DNA of 64,000 bases from Plasmodiophora brassicae. Its lineage: Eukaryota. The notes under the pieces are model-generated. The model saw only the letters and a list, made by a program, of their open reading frames with translations. It had not been told where the DNA came from and did not search any database. The stretch's first letter is position 1; each line of letters opens with the position of its first letter. Below are positions 60,754 to 64,000 of the stretch, one piece after another. The stretch spans positions 620,001-684,000 of the forward strand of contig CP145409.1 in the NCBI GenBank assembly GCA_036867785.1. Direction: 5' to 3'. Position numbers and translations under genes: made by a program.

Positions 60754-63141
60754 TTATGCGTCAAATTCAGGTGCTTCCTGCCGGCTGATTAGGTCGAGAA
60801 CCCATTGCATATTGCGAACAGGAATTCCAAGAGATTCGCAACGGTCGCGAGCGCCACGATCAGAGGTGCCATCGCTTTCTTGGATTAGAACTGTTCGCTG
60901 TGGATTGCGATCTCCAGGTATGGCTTTGACGACGGTGCCTCCCGCAGCATGGATGACTTCAGCGAGATCGACTTCAATGCCGAGGTGGGGACCAAGCGGC
61001 CCCGTGATGATAAACACCCTGACGTTATAACTTACACTGGGTCGAAATCGGAGGCCTGGCAGCCTACCATTTGTGAAATAGTGGACGATGACCCTGCTGG
61101 CGTGACACCCGCGATCGCCGAGGGGCACCAAGTGCAACATGGTCGCCTGTAGCAAACGGTCAACAGCAGGTTAGCGCGTGCCGAGACGCTGTCTGACCTG
61201 CAACTTCGTATTGGTATTCCGCTGGTGGGGTAGACCACCGGATCCAGTCACGAATCCATTGGAAGGAGCAGCACCAAACACCCTTGGCAACAGCATACAT
61301 ATACCTGACATCACCCGTCAAAACCCGTTCCTGACCGAAGATGAGAGGTCAACGAACTTGATGGTTCGAGCAGACGCGACCCGATCTGCGCCGGTGCGAA
61401 CCACCAGATGTGTGACATCGTCGGTCATCATCGTCTCTAGACGCATTCTGGACGCCTCGGCGATCGACAGGGATTGCAGCAGATCAAACTCGTCATCGTG
61501 CAACGACGTGTACAGAACGACGAACGTCCCAGAATGGCGAGACGACGACGGCATCACAGCAGATCGCTTGGGCGTTCGCGCTGGACTGGTCGACGGCGGC
61601 CTTCGTCGGGACGACCTCTGCGAACTGGAGCCCGTGTTGTCCGTTTCGACCTTGTCCCCGAGATGAGCGTGCCGCGAGCAGAGTTGATGGAAGTAGATCA
61701 AGCCGTTCATCTCACGTAGCTCGAGGCGTACAGAGGATCGCGCTGCACAGGGAACATGGAACGGTGTCGCACAGCGCCCGTATTCGCACTGCAGGCAGAA
61801 GCCGACACGTCGACACAGGACGCAGCGCTGTCAGCAACGTTAGTCGTACGTACTCGGTCGGTGCCCAACATGCATGATGTACCAGACGTAGCGACTGGGC
61901 AGGAATTCGGTCGACATGGCGGACCGTGCCACCGTTTCCGAATTCGGTCTCGCTGAACGTCGGCTGAGGCGCCCACAGGGCACAGGACACGTGGATCTGC
62001 GGACAGGGTACTTAGAGGCGACGAGCGTACGCCCGTGTTCGCACTGGGAATGCTCACCCAGCGGCCGTCATCGGTGGGTCGCATGGCACGGTCGACAGTG
62101 TTGGGGCAAATGCAACAGGCAGGCGTGGTTGACAGGCCGGCCTGACACGATGCGCATTGCCAGGATCGTTCCGTGTCCTGCTCGCCATAACACGACGGGT
62201 GAACGACGACGCCACATCGGCCACATGTCAGCACGGGACGTGAATCGCGTTCGTAGCACACGTGGCATCGTCGCCCATCATCCGGTTCGGCACGCTCTGG
62301 CGACCACCTGGACAACAGCAGCACAGCATGTCAACACAGAGTCGACACAGCATACCGTGACGCTGACAGTTCGATCGCATCAGGTTGTCGACGGCGCGGC
62401 GTTGACGTTCGTGCAGGAGGTGTCACCGTCGCCGGTGGCGTCGAGCCGGCCGGCGATATGAACGATGATATGGCCGTCGAGAAGCACTCCCGGGTAGGGG
62501 TCGACGGCCCCGACGAACGCGACGCCGAATTTGACGGTGAGCGAGGGATGCTGTCTTCACGGCGGATGCCTTCCATGCGTTCATCTCGACGTGCACTTGA
62601 CGGTGACGGGGATGTATCTTCAGGGTGGGTGTCTTCCATGCGTTCATCTGAAGGTTCATGCGCGGGCACTGGCAATGGTGGTCGACCGGCTTCCTTTGGC
62701 GACGTGTACGTGCTTCCGGCTAGGTCATTGGACTGCGACAGCAGAGGTAGATCGAGATCTGTGTACAGATCCTCGTACATCTAGGAAGGGCGTCAGCGGG
62801 GAACCAAATCGGTTGAGATCGGCCAGCATCTAGGCGCACCTCGCGAAACGTGCGAACCAGGCGATCCAGGTTGGCAGCTGGGTAGACCGCGCGCCTGATA
62901 AACGACGTGTTGCAGAGCGGGCACTGCAGTATGTTGTACTGAATCAGGCCGTCGACGCATTGCTGTCGGACGGGCGCGGGGTGTCACTGGCTGTCCGCCA
63001 TGATACGACCGCCACACGTGTCACCTTGCAGAATATATGCAGGCACGGCAACGACTGAGCCTCGTTGATCAGCGAGTGGCATATGGAGCACTTCAGCTCC
63101 CGGTGGATGCTGGAGATCGCTCGCCGAACCGATTCGTTCAT
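60754..63141 (-). CDS. BRCA1/BARD1-like protein: RING, PHD, extended PHD and tandem BRCT; spliced
   Basis: IHRELKCSICHSLINEAQSLPCLHIFC; CHVCYERDSRPVLTCGRCGVVVHPSCYG...WQCASC; CCICPN...MRPTDDGRW|HVSCALW; CLQCEYGRCATPFHVPCA; BRCT VTHLVV...RTIKF and PVRNMQWVLDLIS. Confidence 0.85.
62532..62649. repeat. Imperfect ~63-bp tandem duplication in the BRCA1-like linker
   Basis: cttccatgcgttcatct at 62570-62586 and 62633-62649; protein DERMEDTHPEDTSPSPS / DERMEGIRREDSIPRSPS. Confidence 0.75.
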
Positions 63142-63344
63142 TGCCGGGTGGCGCACGACGCAGTCTGCGGCGCCGGCGCGGGACCTGGGTGGGACCGGGG
63201 TCCCCATCGCACTGTTCCGCCGCCCACAGGCGACGCACCTGCCAGCTATACCGGTGCAACGGACAGGTGGAGGCTCGACGATGCACACGCCCGCATGTTA
63301 ATGGATATGGATTAGGAATATAAAATGTTCCAGCAGCGTCGGCG

Positions 63345-64000
63345 TCACGGTCGAACTTCAGCGCTCACCGCGTACGGCAGGTTGCCGTCCGCGGTACTGG
63401 GAGTCGACCCCCGGTCGGCATCGCCGGTTGCCGCTGGCGTTGACACAATGGCGTCCTCGTGGTTGCGGTTGACTGGACGAATTTTCCGCTTTTGGTCGGC
63501 ATCCTCGTCATCGTCGGCGTATGTTGAGGACATAATCCTGAACGCAAGGGACGGGCCGGTGGTCCTTGCAAACGAGCCGCTTCGCCTGGGAGGGGTCTTT
63601 CGCTTCCTGACGGCGGACAGGAAATCCGTCGACTGGTCTGACGTGTTTTCGTCCGAACTGAACGCCTTCCTGTCGATGAACTCGGGTTCGGGGTCGTTGC
63701 CCAACGTTGGCGACAGAGGTAGCGACGCTTCTGCGCGTTCCGCTACAGCCGAAGATGACGACTGGAAGTATTCCTCCTCTTCTTGCAATTCCCGGAACTG
63801 GGCCCGCGATTCGGAGTACGCGCCAACTGGGGTCGTGTCGGTCATGGCAGACTCTGCGGCTACGGCGTCGCGGTTCTGCTCATCTAGTGATCGCAGCCGC
63901 TGGAACACGGAGACATAGGTCACGCTGGCAATGCGGCCCAACTCCTCGTCAGCTGTAGATGACACACCAGCCTCAGCAGAGAGTCAACAACGGGTATACA
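63345..64000 (-). CDS. 3' portion of a hypothetical acidic/low-complexity protein, truncated by the window edge
   Basis: Open frame of more than 200 codons ending ...GNLPYAVSAEVRP* with an NLS-like RKRKTPPRR. Confidence 0.5.

Noticed and set aside
1-64000. Hundreds of overlapping ORFs in the six-frame track, many Arg/Pro-rich or antisense
   Set aside because: These are shadow ORFs expected in GC-rich coding DNA; many begin at GTG/TTG and overlap well-supported spliced genes.

Overview
Gene-dense eukaryotic nuclear DNA, not prokaryotic. It carries roughly 37 protein-coding genes broken by very short GT-AG introns (mostly about 50-70 nt, with CTGAC/CTAAC branch points). Intergenic gaps are often under 300 bp, and some convergent stop codons lie only 5-8 nt apart. 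Gene content and intron style suggest a phytomyxid rhizarian such as Plasmodiophora brassicae (inference only). Recognisable genes: DHHC palmitoyltransferase, LAMTOR3, REEP/Yop1, TBC Rab-GAP, CstF-77, two tandem 37-aa-repeat/RAP proteins, Asp/Asn beta-hydroxylase, mitochondrial RF1, eIF4E-like, class C (GABA-B-like) GPCR, DENN-PH, Hikeshi, cold-shock protein, F-box-ankyrin, RNA Pol I RPA2, mitochondrial carrier, ataxin-3, F-box-kelch, NUS1, complex I NUUM-like subunit, type II PI4K-like, HEATR6, PP2A B56, CD2BP2 and a BRCA1/BARD1-like protein. The most unusual items are: (1) an E3 ligase built from three tandem copies of the Cdc48/p97 N-domain second subdomain plus a ubiquitin-binding helix and RING-H2; (2) an intact class-VI-like chitin synthase lacking every catalytic motif; (3) an eIF4E that keeps the cap-stacking Trp/Glu but has lost all three phosphate-binding basic residues; (4) a signal-peptide-bearing PI4K-II-like kinase; (5) a tandem HPR-RAP pair with complementary loss of RAP acidic residues. 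Gene models were spliced by eye, and homology calls rest on remembered family motifs rather than database searches. No tRNA, rRNA, CRISPR array or transposon was seen.
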